From positions 1,382-65,381 of the forward strand of contig CALWTE010000026.1 in assembly GCA_944384375.1 (NCBI GenBank): a stretch of 64,000 bases of DNA, read 5' to 3'. A program made the position numbers and the translations under genes. The stretch is from an uncultured Clostridia bacterium. Its GTDB lineage: Bacteria > Bacillota > Clostridia > Christensenellales > UBA1242. Shown piece after piece: positions 55,315 through 64,000 of this stretch (positions are counted from its first letter, which is position 1; the number at the start of each line of letters is the position of its first letter). The notes beneath the pieces are model-generated. The model had not been told where the DNA came from and made no database searches. It saw only the letters and a program-made list of their open reading frames with translations.

Positions 55315-55566
55315 TTTTACTCCTTTTTATTAGATTGCTAAAAAATGCCAAATTTATACTTGACTGCCAAAAATACTAAGATAATTAATAATATTTACAA
55401 ATTTAAACAAAATTAAAAAATTTACGACAAAAATCGCAAAAAGGTTTGTCTAAATTTTATTGATTTTTTGACAAATTAAGTTTTATACTTGAATTGCTAA
55501 CGAAAAAGGGGCGATTTTCCAGCCTTGCACTTAGTAATTAAAAAATTTTGGAGGAAATAACGAAAA

Positions 55567-56364
55567 ATGGAAAAAATTAAAATAGCAATCATTGATGACA
55601 GTCAACAGATGAAAAATATCGCAGAAGAACATTTTGCAAACAGTGAAGAATTTGATTTGGTATACGCAGACGGCAACGGCGCCACCGCTTTTGAAGAAAT
55701 TTCTAAGGCTCTGCCAGATGTAGTTTTACTTGATTTAGTGTTACCAAACAAAGACGGCTTTGCGGTATTAGGCGAGATTAAGACAATGGAGCACGCCCCA
55801 AAAGTAATTATTACGTCAGCGCTAACAGGGGACACTTTTATACATAGAGCAATGCAGTTAGGCGCAAATGATTATGTCGTAAAACCTTTTGATATAGCGA
55901 GACTAGACGAACATATTAAAAACGCATATAATGCGGAAAATTCAAATACAACAGTAAACCTACAGAGCAAAGTAGATAAACTTGTAGAAAGTTACGCTCG
56001 CAAACCTATTAAAAATAGAAATTTGGAAGAAAGGATAAGCAATATTTTTATAACCGTAGGAATTCCAGCACATATTAAGGGGTATCAGTTCTTGCGTGAA
56101 GCAATAAAAATGGCAATTAACGAACCCGAAATTGTCAATAGCATTACAAAGAAACTTTACCCAAATATTGCCGATAAATTTAATACTAGCCCTAGCAAAG
56201 TAGAACGTGCGATTAGACACGCGATAGAAGTTGCGTGGAATAGGGGTAAAATTGAAAACATCAATTCAGTTTTTGGTTTGCAAGTTTATAATAGCAATGA
56301 AAAGCCTACGAATGGCGAGTTTATAGCCCTTGTTGCTGATAAAATGATTATAGAAGGCTGTTAA
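55567..56364 (+). CDS. spo0A: Sporulation master response regulator Spo0A
   Basis: Receiver domain (IAIIDDSQQM, phospho-acceptor context DVVLLDLVLPNKDG, K in VVKPF). Spo0A-specific C-terminal DNA-binding domain (GIPAHIKGYQFLREAIKMAI...SKVERAIRHAIEVAWNRG). GGAGG RBS. TAA stop. Confidence 0.93.
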   Translation: MEKIKIAIIDDSQQMKNIAEEHFANSEEFDLVYADGNGATAFEEISKALPDVVLLDLVLPNKDGFAVLGEIKTMEHAPKVIITSALTGDTFIHRAMQLGANDYVVKPFDIARLDEHIKNAYNAENSNTTVNLQSKVDKLVESYARKPIKNRNLEERISNIFITVGIPAHIKGYQFLREAIKMAINEPEIVNSITKKLYPNIADKFNTSPSKVERAIRHAIEVAWNRGKIENINSVFGLQVYNSNEKPTNGEFIALVADKMIIEGC

Positions 56365-56483
56365 ATTTAAAAATTTTCCAAAAAATTGCGTTTTTTAGTT
56401 TACTTTTTTAAAATTAGTATATATAATATATGCAAATTTGCTGATAATAGCAAAGTATACATAATATATCAGGAGATTATATT

Positions 56484-57146
56484 TTGGAAAAGAAAATTGA
56501 ATTTATTAGATGTCCACGTTGTGAATTAAATTATATCAATAAAGACGACAAATTTTGTAGCGTTTGTAAAAAGGAAATGGAAGCCGCCTACAACCGTGAC
56601 GACGATTTAGATATGGATTTGTCACTTGATTTGGATATCTGTCCTGTTTGTAAAACTAACTACATTAGCGAAGACGAAGTTATGTGTGCGTCTTGTCAAA
56701 AAGAACGTAATTTAGACAAATCTTTGCATGGTGACGACGACGATATTGATACAGGTGAGTGGCAGGACGAAGACGACGAATCAATGTTGGAGCCAGAAGA
56801 CGAACTCGGCGAAATGGTTAATACGATTGATGTTGACGACACAGACGATTCTTTAGGAGGGCTTGAAGATTTAGACTTAGGTATTCCTTTAGACGAAGAT
56901 ATGGACTTTGGCGATATGGAAGGGTTTGACGACGACGAGCATGACGATGAAGAAGATGACTATGACTACGACGACGAAGACGATTTTGATGACGATTTTG
57001 ACGACGACTTCAAAGACTTAGACGACGATGACGAAGACGACGACGAAGATGAGGAAGACGACTACGACGACGATTATGACGATGACGAAGATGATGACTA
57101 CGACGACAAACCTAAAAAGAAAAACAAAAAGAAAGACAAAGACTAA
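56484..57146 (+). CDS. Double zinc-ribbon protein with an extremely acidic D/E-rich tail (220 aa)
   Basis: TTG start lies 8 nt after AGGAG. CPRC..(13)..CSVC and CPVC..(13)..CASC motifs. About 130 residues follow that are dominated by D/E with scattered aromatics, ending in KPKKKNKKKDKD. TAA stop, followed by a terminator. Confidence 0.75.
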   Translation: MEKKIEFIRCPRCELNYINKDDKFCSVCKKEMEAAYNRDDDLDMDLSLDLDICPVCKTNYISEDEVMCASCQKERNLDKSLHGDDDDIDTGEWQDEDDESMLEPEDELGEMVNTIDVDDTDDSLGGLEDLDLGIPLDEDMDFGDMEGFDDDEHDDEEDDYDYDDEDDFDDDFDDDFKDLDDDDEDDDEDEEDDYDDDYDDDEDDDYDDKPKKKNKKKDKD

Positions 57147-57166
57147 TTAAATAATTTAAATAAAAT

Positions 57167-57206
57167 AAAAGAACCTAGATTTGAACTGACAAATTTAGGT
57201 TCTTTT
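57167..57206. terminator. Bidirectional terminator between convergent genes
   Basis: aaaagaacctagattt-gaactgac-aaatttaggttctttt (16-bp stem, one mismatch). Confidence 0.7.
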
Positions 57207-57315
57207 TCTGTTAATTATTATAAATAATTTTTATTTGCTCAAATATAAGTAATTTTTGCTTGCTTAAATACTAATTAAAAATTTTTAATAAAACTATTTT
57301 TATAAGATAGAAAAA

Positions 57316-57801
57316 CTACTTGTTTTCTTGTGTATTTAACTTTAACAATTTTCTAATTTCTGTTAAGTCTTGTTCCGTTAAGTTGCTTTTTAAAATAGGA
57401 TAGGTTGCAGTTTTAGTAGGATAAATGAGTATTAAATTTTTGGTTTCTTTGATTTTTTCAAAAAGTCCATATTTAGACGTAGCGGAACTAATTTCTTGTC
57501 CGTCTTTAAGAGATATGATAGTTAGTTCTTCTTCATTGAATTGATATTTATTTGTATAAGAAGTTTGCTCCGCTGTTTTTACTGTTTTGTTTAGTGTAAT
57601 ATAAAAAATCAATCCAAAGCCAAAGAAAAACGCAAAAATAAGCAAAATATCTAGCCAAGAATTATCAAAAATCGTAGCCAAAACCAAATAAGCAACTGTT
57701 CCTAATACTCCAACTATTAAAAAAACTAGCGAAGTTATCAAACTATTTTTTAAAATCTCTTTTTGTACTTTGCTGTCTATTGTTGTTTCGCATTCAATCA
57801 T
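57316..57801 (-). CDS. Two-TM membrane protein, tentatively YcxB-like (161 aa)
   Basis: TM helices LITSLVFLIVGVLGTVAYLVLATIF and LDILLIFAFFFGFGLIFYITL, followed by a ~90-aa soluble domain. The family call is tentative. TAG stop. Confidence 0.6.
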   Translation of the reverse strand: MIECETTIDSKVQKEILKNSLITSLVFLIVGVLGTVAYLVLATIFDNSWLDILLIFAFFFGFGLIFYITLNKTVKTAEQTSYTNKYQFNEEELTIISLKDGQEISSATSKYGLFEKIKETKNLILIYPTKTATYPILKSNLTEQDLTEIRKLLKLNTQENK

Positions 57802-57812
57802 TTTTCACCACC

Positions 57813-58097
57813 TTAATAGAGTTTATTTTTGTTTTTCTTGTCTTTTTCGTCAAAGACTTCCACAATCATAGTATCAAAATTAATTGATTCTACAAAGTCC
57901 CGCTCTGTAAAATGTGTGTTGTGGAATTGCTTAATGTGATTAAAATGTTTATTTAGGAAAATCGGTGTAGGTTCGTCAATTTCGTTACAAATCTCTTTGA
58001 CGTATTCTTCAATTTCATTATCTTTGTAATTTTCAACCGTCTGGACAAAACTTTTTTCCAACTTTTCACCAACAATTACTTTTAGCCAAACTTTCAT
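57813..58097 (-). CDS. Hypothetical small acidic protein (94 aa)
   Basis: ORF lies 11 nt upstream of the next minus-strand gene (operon-like). No motif recognised. TAA stop. Confidence 0.5.
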   Translation of the reverse strand: MKVWLKVIVGEKLEKSFVQTVENYKDNEIEEYVKEICNEIDEPTPIFLNKHFNHIKQFHNTHFTERDFVESINFDTMIVEVFDEKDKKNKNKLY

Positions 58098-58253
58098 TTT
58101 TGTTTCCTTTAATTAATGTATGTGTCTATTTTAGCAAAAATATTTAAATTTTACAATCGTATTAGCAAACTTTTATATTTATTTAGGAAAATAGAGTACT
58201 AATCGCTAATTTGCAAATTTTAATGTCTTATTTTTAAAAATTGCGCTAAATAT

Positions 58254-58282
58254 TTGTAAAAATTTTCAGTTTATTGTAAAAT
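58254..58282 (+). promoter_or_regulatory. Sigma-A-like promoter of the DUF362 gene
   Basis: TTGTAA (58254-58259), 17-nt spacer, TAAAAT (58277-58282). GGGGGG RBS precedes the ATG at 58305. Confidence 0.45.
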
Positions 58283-58304
58283 AGATTATTATTAGGGGGG
58301 AAGT

Positions 58305-59501
58305 ATGGATAAAGTTTCTTTAATCAAGTGTGAAAATTATAACCAAGAAAACATAGATTTAGCCGTTAAACAGGCGATTGATAGTTTAGGCGGAATAGAA
58401 AATTTCGTCAAACCTAACCAAACAGTAATTTTAAAGGCAAATCTAGTCGGCAAATATAATGTTGAGAAAGCTGCAACGACTCACCCGAGCGTAGTAGGTG
58501 CAGTAGGCAAGTTATGCAAGATTGCGGGTGCTAGCCGTGTAATTATCGCAGATAGTGCGGGTGGGCCTTTTACCGAAGGCTATATGAACGGTATTTATAA
58601 AACAACAGGTATGCAGGCTATCGCCGAAGAATTTGGCTTAGAATTAAACCAAAATTATAATAGTTTAGATGTAACTTGTCCTGATGCAAAGGTAGGGAAA
58701 AAGTTTCAAATTTGCGAGTGTCTAGAACAAGCAGACGTAATTATAAACGTTACAAAACTTAAAACGCATTGCTTTACAGGGCTTACAAACTCAGTAAAAA
58801 ATATGTTTGGAGCCATTCCAGGACTTGCGAAAGTAGAAATGCACGGGCAATACCGCACTTTAGACGTGTTTGGCGACTTTTTATATGATATTTTAGACTA
58901 TTTTAAGGGTAAACTAGTTCTGCACGTAACGGACGCTGTTGTCGGTATGGAAGGGGCAGGGCCAACGAGTGGCACGCCTAGACAAATCGGCGCCATTGTG
59001 GCAGGTAGTAACCCCGTAAGCGTTGACGCAGTTTGTGCTAGACTTATGAATTTAGACCCACTCAGTCTGCCTAATATTGCTAAAGGTGTGGATAGGGGCT
59101 ATATTTCAGGGAATCTTGACGACATTCAAGTTTTAGGAGAAAAAGTAGACGATTTAGTGGTAAAAGATTACAAAACGGTTGTTCCAGACGGCTTTAAACC
59201 GCTAGTAAACTACGTTCCAAAATGTATGCAGAATACTGTGCACAAGTTAATGACACGTAGACCAGTGATTAAGAGAAAAGAGTGTAAAGGTTGCAAGAAA
59301 TGTCATGACCATTGCCCAGTAGGTGCAATCACTATGGAGCAAAAGAAGGGCGAGACTGTGGCAAAGGCACGAATAGATTATTCTAAGTGTATTCGTTGTT
59401 TTTGTTGTCAAGAATTATGTCCTTTTGGCGTTGTAAAAGTAAAGTCTGGGCTAGGTTACAAAATTATTCATTTAAAGAAGAATAAAAAGCCAAAAAATTA
59501 A
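58305..59501 (+). CDS. DUF362 domain protein with C-terminal 2x[4Fe-4S] ferredoxin-type domain
   Basis: N-terminal DUF362 pattern (VSLIKCENY...PNQTVILKANLV...ATTHPSVVGAVGKLC...RVIIADS). C-terminal CKGCKKCHDHCP and CIRCFCCQELCP clusters. TAA stop. Confidence 0.85.
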   Translation: MDKVSLIKCENYNQENIDLAVKQAIDSLGGIENFVKPNQTVILKANLVGKYNVEKAATTHPSVVGAVGKLCKIAGASRVIIADSAGGPFTEGYMNGIYKTTGMQAIAEEFGLELNQNYNSLDVTCPDAKVGKKFQICECLEQADVIINVTKLKTHCFTGLTNSVKNMFGAIPGLAKVEMHGQYRTLDVFGDFLYDILDYFKGKLVLHVTDAVVGMEGAGPTSGTPRQIGAIVAGSNPVSVDAVCARLMNLDPLSLPNIAKGVDRGYISGNLDDIQVLGEKVDDLVVKDYKTVVPDGFKPLVNYVPKCMQNTVHKLMTRRPVIKRKECKGCKKCHDHCPVGAITMEQKKGETVAKARIDYSKCIRCFCCQELCPFGVVKVKSGLGYKIIHLKKNKKPKN

Positions 59502-59520
59502 ATAATATAGTTTAAGTTTC

Positions 59521-59549
59521 TTGACTTTAATTTTAGTTTGTAGTAAAAT
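59521..59549 (+). promoter_or_regulatory. Sigma-A-like promoter of greA
   Basis: TTGACT (59521-59526), 17-nt spacer, TAAAAT (59544-59549). Confidence 0.55.
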
Positions 59550-59611
59550 ATATGGCTATATTAAGGATTAAAAAACTTAATTATTACTAACATAAGGAGC
59601 AAAATCAAAAA

Positions 59612-60088
59612 ATGGAAAAAGAAGTTGTTGTTACGCAAGAAGGCTTAAAACAATTAAAAGAACGTTTAGAGTACTTGATTAAAGAAAAACGCCCTGAGTG
59701 TACTAAAAAAATTGGTATTGCTCGTAGTTACGGCGATTTAAGTGAAAATAGCGAATATGTGGCAGCAAGAGAAGAACAAGCACAAGTTGAATCGGAAATA
59801 ATGGAGATTGAAGAAAAATTACGCAATATCAAAGTTATTGACGAAAAAGATATTGATACTAGTGTAGTGAGCCTAGGCTGTACAGTAAAAATTCACGATT
59901 TAAAGTTTGACGAAGATATGACTTATAAAATTGTAGGTAGTACCGAGTCAGACCCAGCAAACGGTTTGCTTAGTAACGAGAGCCCTGCAGGTAAAGCCTT
60001 GCTAGGTGCAAAAGTAGGAGATACAGTTACTTATAAATCAGTAAACTTAGGTGAAATCCAACTTAAAGTCCTAGACATCAAGGCATAA
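59612..60088 (+). CDS. greA: Transcription elongation factor GreA
   Basis: 158 aa. Coiled-coil N-domain with YGDLSENSEYVAAREEQ. C-terminal FKBP-like domain with ISNESPAGKALLGAKVGDTV. AGGAG RBS. TAA stop. Confidence 0.93.
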   Translation: MEKEVVVTQEGLKQLKERLEYLIKEKRPECTKKIGIARSYGDLSENSEYVAAREEQAQVESEIMEIEEKLRNIKVIDEKDIDTSVVSLGCTVKIHDLKFDEDMTYKIVGSTESDPANGLLSNESPAGKALLGAKVGDTVTYKSVNLGEIQLKVLDIKA

Positions 60089-60180
60089 AAAATTTTAATA
60101 TAATTATAAAGATTAATAGTATAATTATAAAAAATTCCAAATCTAAAATGATTATTTTGCGATAATTAAATAGAATACAA

Positions 60181-60215
60181 AAAAGATATACTTTTAAATT
60201 TAAGTATATCTTTTT
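60181..60215 (+). terminator. Rho-independent terminator of greA
   Basis: aaaagatatactt-ttaaattt-aagtatatctttt (13-bp stem) followed by a T-run. Confidence 0.7.
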
Positions 60216-60337
60216 GTTTTATATCAAAATAATAATATTACTTTTTTAATTTAGTAGCAAGTTGATAAAGTAGATATAAATATAAAGACAAAATTAAAAA
60301 CTTATAATAATTCAAAAATTAATTGTAAAATGCTTTT

Positions 60338-60367
60338 AATTCTACACAAAAGTGTAGGATTTTTTTA
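60338..60367 (+). terminator. Orphan hairpin plus T-run in the long greA-nifJ spacer
   Basis: aattctacac-aaaa-gtgtaggatt (10 bp, one G-U) followed by tttttt. No CDS lies upstream of it after the greA terminator. Confidence 0.4.
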
Positions 60368-60582
60368 TTTATGTAAAGTTTTTGATTATGAATAGACCAA
60401 ATCTAAATATACTAACTATAAAGAAAAAATGCCTATTTTGCTATATAATTCTGCGTAAAATGGAATGCATAATACCATGCATAGTATATGCATAGTACTT
60501 TAAAAAACAAAATAATTTATAATTTTTCACTTTTATATAATTTAAAATATTTAGTCATTACACGTATTAAAAATCAAGAACA

Positions 60583-60638
60583 AAAAAAGAGAAAGTCCAT
60601 TTTAACCGAAATAGGTTATTCAAAACTTTCTCTTTTTT
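60583..60638. terminator. Long palindromic structure, probable bidirectional terminator (could serve nifJ on the minus strand)
   Basis: aaaaaagagaaagt (60583-60596) pairs perfectly with actttctctttttt (60625-60638). The 28-nt loop contains an inner taacc/ggtta hairpin. Confidence 0.45.
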
Positions 60639-60788
60639 CATTAAATGAATTTAGTTGTTTTAAAAATGCTAATTTTAAAGTGCGTTTTATTTTATAATAA
60701 ATAGGTTTTTGTTAACTTTATTATAAATTATCTAAGATAATTAAAATTGTTTGTTTTTAAATAAAAATCTGTTTTTTTAATTATTGAC

Positions 60789-63700
60789 CTAACTTTCTTC
60801 CGCAAGCTTTTTAAGTTTCTCTCGCAAAAGTATACTATCTTGTTTTGCTTTTTCAAGCAAGGCTTGTGCGTGCTCTGGGTTTTTCTTGTAGAGATTTGCA
60901 AACCTGCGTTCCTTTTTAGCAAATTCAATATAGTCCATTGTTGGTTCGCCAGAGTCTAAGAATAATTTTTTAGTCGTTGGGTTATATCTAAACAAATTCC
61001 AGTAGCCAGATTGCACGGCTTCACGCATTACAAGCATACCTTGTGACATATCAATTCCGTGATTGATACAAGTTGAGTAGGCGATAATAATTGATGGCCC
61101 ATCATATTCGGTAGCTTCTTTAATGGCAGTTAAAGCTTGATTCATATTTGCGCCCATTGAAATTTGTGCTACATATACATCAGGGTACGACATAGCCATA
61201 AGCCCTAAATTTTTCTTGCTAGTCTTTTTACCATTATCTGCAAATTTAGCAACCGCACCAGCAGGGGTGGCCTTACTTGCTTGCCCACCAGTATTAGAAT
61301 AAACTTGACTATCTAGCACTAAAATATTTACATTTTTGCCACTTGCTAACACGTGGTCCAAACCACCATAGCCGATATCATAAGCCCAGCCATCGCCACC
61401 GATTATCCAAACGCTTTTTTCGTTTAAGTTTGACGCGTTTTTCAAAACTTCTTTAATCTTTGCTTGAATTTCAGGTTTTGCCGTGCCCAACATATCGTCT
61501 AGTTGTTCGCAAAGTTTATCGCTGAGAACTTGACTAGCATCTAAATCTGCAGTAGTTTGCCATTCGGTAAGGGTAGGTGTTAGGCTAGGTTCACTTTGTG
61601 CAATTTCACTAAGTAACGAACTTAACTTTTCACGCGTTGTATCTATTGCGATACGCATACCTAAACCAAATTCAGCGTTGTCTTCAAAAAGGCTATTTGC
61701 CCACGCAGGCCCACGCCCATTGCTATCTATTGTGTAAGGGCAACTAGGGAAACTCCCACCGTAAATACTACTACAACCAGTGGCGTTTGCAATAACCATT
61801 TTATCGCCATAAAGTTGAGTAACTAACTTTATATAAGGCGTTTCGCCACAACCAGCACAAGCCCCACTAAATTGAAAGTGCTGTGGTGCAAACTGACTCC
61901 CTTTTACAGTAAACTTATTAAACTCATTTGCAGGAACTTCTAGTTTTTCAGCAAAACGATAATTATCCGCTTGCTCTTGTATTTGAGATTCGCCGTCTTT
62001 TAGCATTAGCGCTTTTTGTCTAGCAGGGCAGACATTTACACAACTGCCACAACCCGTACAGTCTAGCGGGCTGATTTGAATACGGAACTTTTTGTTAGGG
62101 TATCCAGTAGCGGGAATAGTCTCAAAACCTGCTGGCACTTTTTCGTTTTCGTCTATCAGTACGGGCTTAATTGCACCGTGCGGACAAACAAAACTACACA
62201 TATTACACTGAATACAATTTTCTTTTAGCCAGCAAGGAATATCAACAGCAATTCCACGTTTTTCATAACGTGCGGTATCGGTAGGGATATGTCCGTCTGG
62301 GTTAAACGCACTTACTGGGAGGTTGTTGCCTTCAAGTTTGGCAATAGGAGACATAATCTCATTTGCAAACTTGTTTTTAGTAGCCGTGTATTCGGTAGTA
62401 ATTTCATTTTGCGCGTGCAACCATTCGGCAGGAATTTTGATTTGTTGAATTTTTTGTCCGCCTAAATCTATTGCCTTGTAATTTTGTTCAACCACAGCAT
62501 CACCAGCCTTGCCGTAAGACTTTTTAGCCGCTTCTTTCATAGCCACGACAGCCTTATCATAAGGAATAATGTTTGCCAACCTAAAGAAAGCCGACTGCAT
62601 GATTGTGTTTATCTTTCCACGTAAACCTAAATCTTCGGCAATCTGTTGTGCGTTAATTATGAAGAAGTTAATTTTGCGTTCTGCCAACTCACGTTTAAAG
62701 TTTGCGGGCAGTTTTTCTTCTAAATCTTCAGGTGTCCACTCGCAGTTAAGCAATAGAGTTCCGCCAGTACGAATTTTTGAAAGGAAGTTATATTTTCCTA
62801 TATAACGCGCATTATGGCAGGCGAGAAAGTCTGCTTGCTCAATCTCATACGGCTCTTTAATAGGATTTTTGCCAAAACGCAGATGCGAAATAGTTACGCT
62901 TCCGCTCTTTTTACTATCATACACAAAGAAGCCCTGCGCGTAAAGGTCTGTGTTTTCACCGATAATTTTAATACTGTTTTTGTTGGCACTTACCGTTCCA
63001 TCACTGCCCAAACCATAAAACAAACACTGCGTACTGTCTGCGGGTAGGGTAAAATCAGGAATAGGTAGGCTAGTCCTATTCATATCGTCATTGATGCCTA
63101 CGGTAAAGTGGTTTTTGCGCTCTTTTTCCATATTAAGTAAGACGGCATACGCATCAGCAGGGGTAAAGTCCTTTCCGCCCAAACCATATCTTCCGCCGAT
63201 TACAGGCAGGTTTACAAAACTTTCACGCAAACTAGCGCAAACGTCTAGATAAAGCGGTTCCCCACTAGCGCCACCTTCTTTGGTTCTGTCTAAAACGGTT
63301 ATAATTTTAGTTGAGTTCGGCAAAACCTTAATAAACTCTTGCGTAGCAAAAGGACGGTAAAGGGTAACAATCACAAGCCCCGCCTTTGTGTCGTGGTTTT
63401 TGTTATATTCGGCGATAACTTGCTCCAAAGTTTCCGTACCGCTACACATACAAACGACTATATTTTCCGCGTTTTTAGGGCCAACATAGGTAAAAGGCGA
63501 GTAATGCCTACCAGTTAATGCATAAAATTCATCACACGCGTGCTTGAATTTAGGTAGCACGGCATTAAAGTAACTTTCGCTTGCTTCACGATTTTGGAAG
63601 AAAACGTCAGGGTTCTGCGCTGTGCCGTATTGCTTAGGCGAGTTTGGATTCAAGGCACGTTGCCTAAAACTCTCAATTTTTTCTTGCGGAATAAGTTTTA

Positions 63701-64000
63701 AAATTTCTTCATTTTCTAAAACGTTAATTTTAGCAATTTCGTGAGACGTGCGGAAGCCGTCAAAGAAATGTAGCACAGGCAGGCTAGAATTTAGTGTGGT
63801 CATCATTGAAATCAGCGCCAAATCATATGCTTCTTGTACGTTTCGGCTCGCTACCATTGAAAAGCCTGTTTGTCTACATGCCATTACGTCGCTGTGGTCA
63901 CCAAAGATTGACAGCGCGTGGGTAGCAAGAGTACGTGCCGCTACGTTAAACACGCAAGGCAGTAGTTCGCCCGCAATTTTATACATATTAGGTATCATAA
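60789..64000 (-). CDS. nifJ: Pyruvate:ferredoxin (flavodoxin) oxidoreductase, N-terminus outside window
   Basis: More than 1069 aa, open to the window edge. Ferredoxin-type clusters CIQCNMCSFVCPHGAI and CTGCGSCVNVCP. TPP-binding block GGDGWAYDIGYGGLDHV. Domain order is typical of NifJ/PorA-type PFOR. TAG stop. Confidence 0.95.
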   Translation of the reverse strand, partial: MIPNMYKIAGELLPCVFNVAARTLATHALSIFGDHSDVMACRQTGFSMVASRNVQEAYDLALISMMTTLNSSLPVLHFFDGFRTSHEIAKINVLENEEILKLIPQEKIESFRQRALNPNSPKQYGTAQNPDVFFQNREASESYFNAVLPKFKHACDEFYALTGRHYSPFTYVGPKNAENIVVCMCSGTETLEQVIAEYNKNHDTKAGLVIVTLYRPFATQEFIKVLPNSTKIITVLDRTKEGGASGEPLYLDVCASLRESFVNLPVIGGRYGLGGKDFTPADAYAVLLNMEKERKNHFTVGINDDMNRTSLPIPDFTLPADSTQCLFYGLGSDGTVSANKNSIKIIGENTDLYAQGFFVYDSKKSGSVTISHLRFGKNPIKEPYEIEQADFLACHNARYIGKYNFLSKIRTGGTLLLNCEWTPEDLEEKLPANFKRELAERKINFFIINAQQIAEDLGLRGKINTIMQSAFFRLANIIPYDKAVVAMKEAAKKSYGKAGDAVVEQNYKAIDLGGQKIQQIKIPAEWLHAQNEITTEYTATKNKFANEIMSPIAKLEGNNLPVSAFNPDGHIPTDTARYEKRGIAVDIPCWLKENCIQCNMCSFVCPHGAIKPVLIDENEKVPAGFETIPATGYPNKKFRIQISPLDCTGCGSCVNVCPARQKALMLKDGESQIQEQADNYRFAEKLEVPANEFNKFTVKGSQFAPQHFQFSGACAGCGETPYIKLVTQLYGDKMVIANATGCSSIYGGSFPSCPYTIDSNGRGPAWANSLFEDNAEFGLGMRIAIDTTREKLSSLLSEIAQSEPSLTPTLTEWQTTADLDASQVLSDKLCEQLDDMLGTAKPEIQAKIKEVLKNASNLNEKSVWIIGGDGWAYDIGYGGLDHVLASGKNVNILVLDSQVYSNTGGQASKATPAGAVAKFADNGKKTSKKNLGLMAMSYPDVYVAQISMGANMNQALTAIKEATEYDGPSIIIAYSTCINHGIDMSQGMLVMREAVQSGYWNLFRYNPTTKKLFLDSGEPTMDYIEFAKKERRFANLYKKNPEHAQALLEKAKQDSILLREKLKKLAEES

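Noticed and set aside
56740-57110. GAC/GAT/GAA-rich low-complexity DNA as a non-coding microsatellite
   Set aside because: It is in-frame within the zinc-ribbon ORF and encodes the poly-acidic tail. The triplets are not a pure repeat.
60488-60928. 69-aa (+) and 66-aa (-) ORFs in the greA-nifJ spacer
   Set aside because: They have no RBS and their sequence is low-complexity and K/N/I/L-rich. The 66-aa ORF overlaps the 3' end of nifJ out of frame.
1-64000. Use of genetic code 4 or 25 (TGA as sense codon)
   Set aside because: Standard-code translation gives uninterrupted ORFs up to 4888 aa, with no TGA-split genes. Trp is encoded by TGG. TGA appears avoided rather than reassigned in this window.

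Overview
AT-rich (roughly mid-30s % GC by eye, not computed) chromosomal segment of a Firmicutes/Clostridia-type bacterium. Supporting evidence: GGAGG-type ribosome-binding sites, spo0A, spoIIID, rpoB-rpoC, greA and nifJ/PFOR. The left two thirds (nt 1-43169) is almost entirely cell-surface and secretion genes. These are a 5'-truncated Flg_new-repeat surface protein, a 4888-aa GLUG-motif lipoprotein, a very divergent Rho homologue with a broken P-loop, and a 2793-aa membrane-anchored giant protein with no assignable domain. They also include a compact type IV secretion (T4SS)-like gene set: a VirD4-like coupling ATPase, a VirB2/TrbC-like small pilin-like protein, a lipoprotein, a polytopic VirB6-like protein plus a G/A/K-rich partner, a VirB3/VirB4-like ATPase, a 1373-aa repeat-rich soluble protein and a coupled 83-aa ORF. 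I see no relaxase, integrase, replication gene, cell-wall hydrolase, tRNA or transposase in the window. The T4SS-like locus sits directly beside core genes and is split into several units with their own sigma-A-like promoters and terminators. My main candidate for an undescribed system is therefore a domesticated, non-conjugative T4SS-like apparatus coupled to megadalton adhesins. This is inference from motifs and context only. The right third holds spoIIID, a TtcA-type PP-loop ATPase, rpoBC (with its own promoter and long leader, lacking the usual ribosomal-protein neighbours), and a signal-less 20-aa-LRR protein. It also holds a DUF378 protein with a K/S-rich tail, spo0A, an extremely acidic double zinc-ribbon protein, a DUF362/4Fe-4S protein, greA and a truncated PFOR. 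Other observations: all 26 credible CDS stop with TAA (18) or TAG (8) and never TGA; an ~80-nt intergenic element occurs twice; an inverted-repeat-bounded spacer separates the two VirB6-region ORFs. No rRNA, tRNA or CRISPR array was seen.
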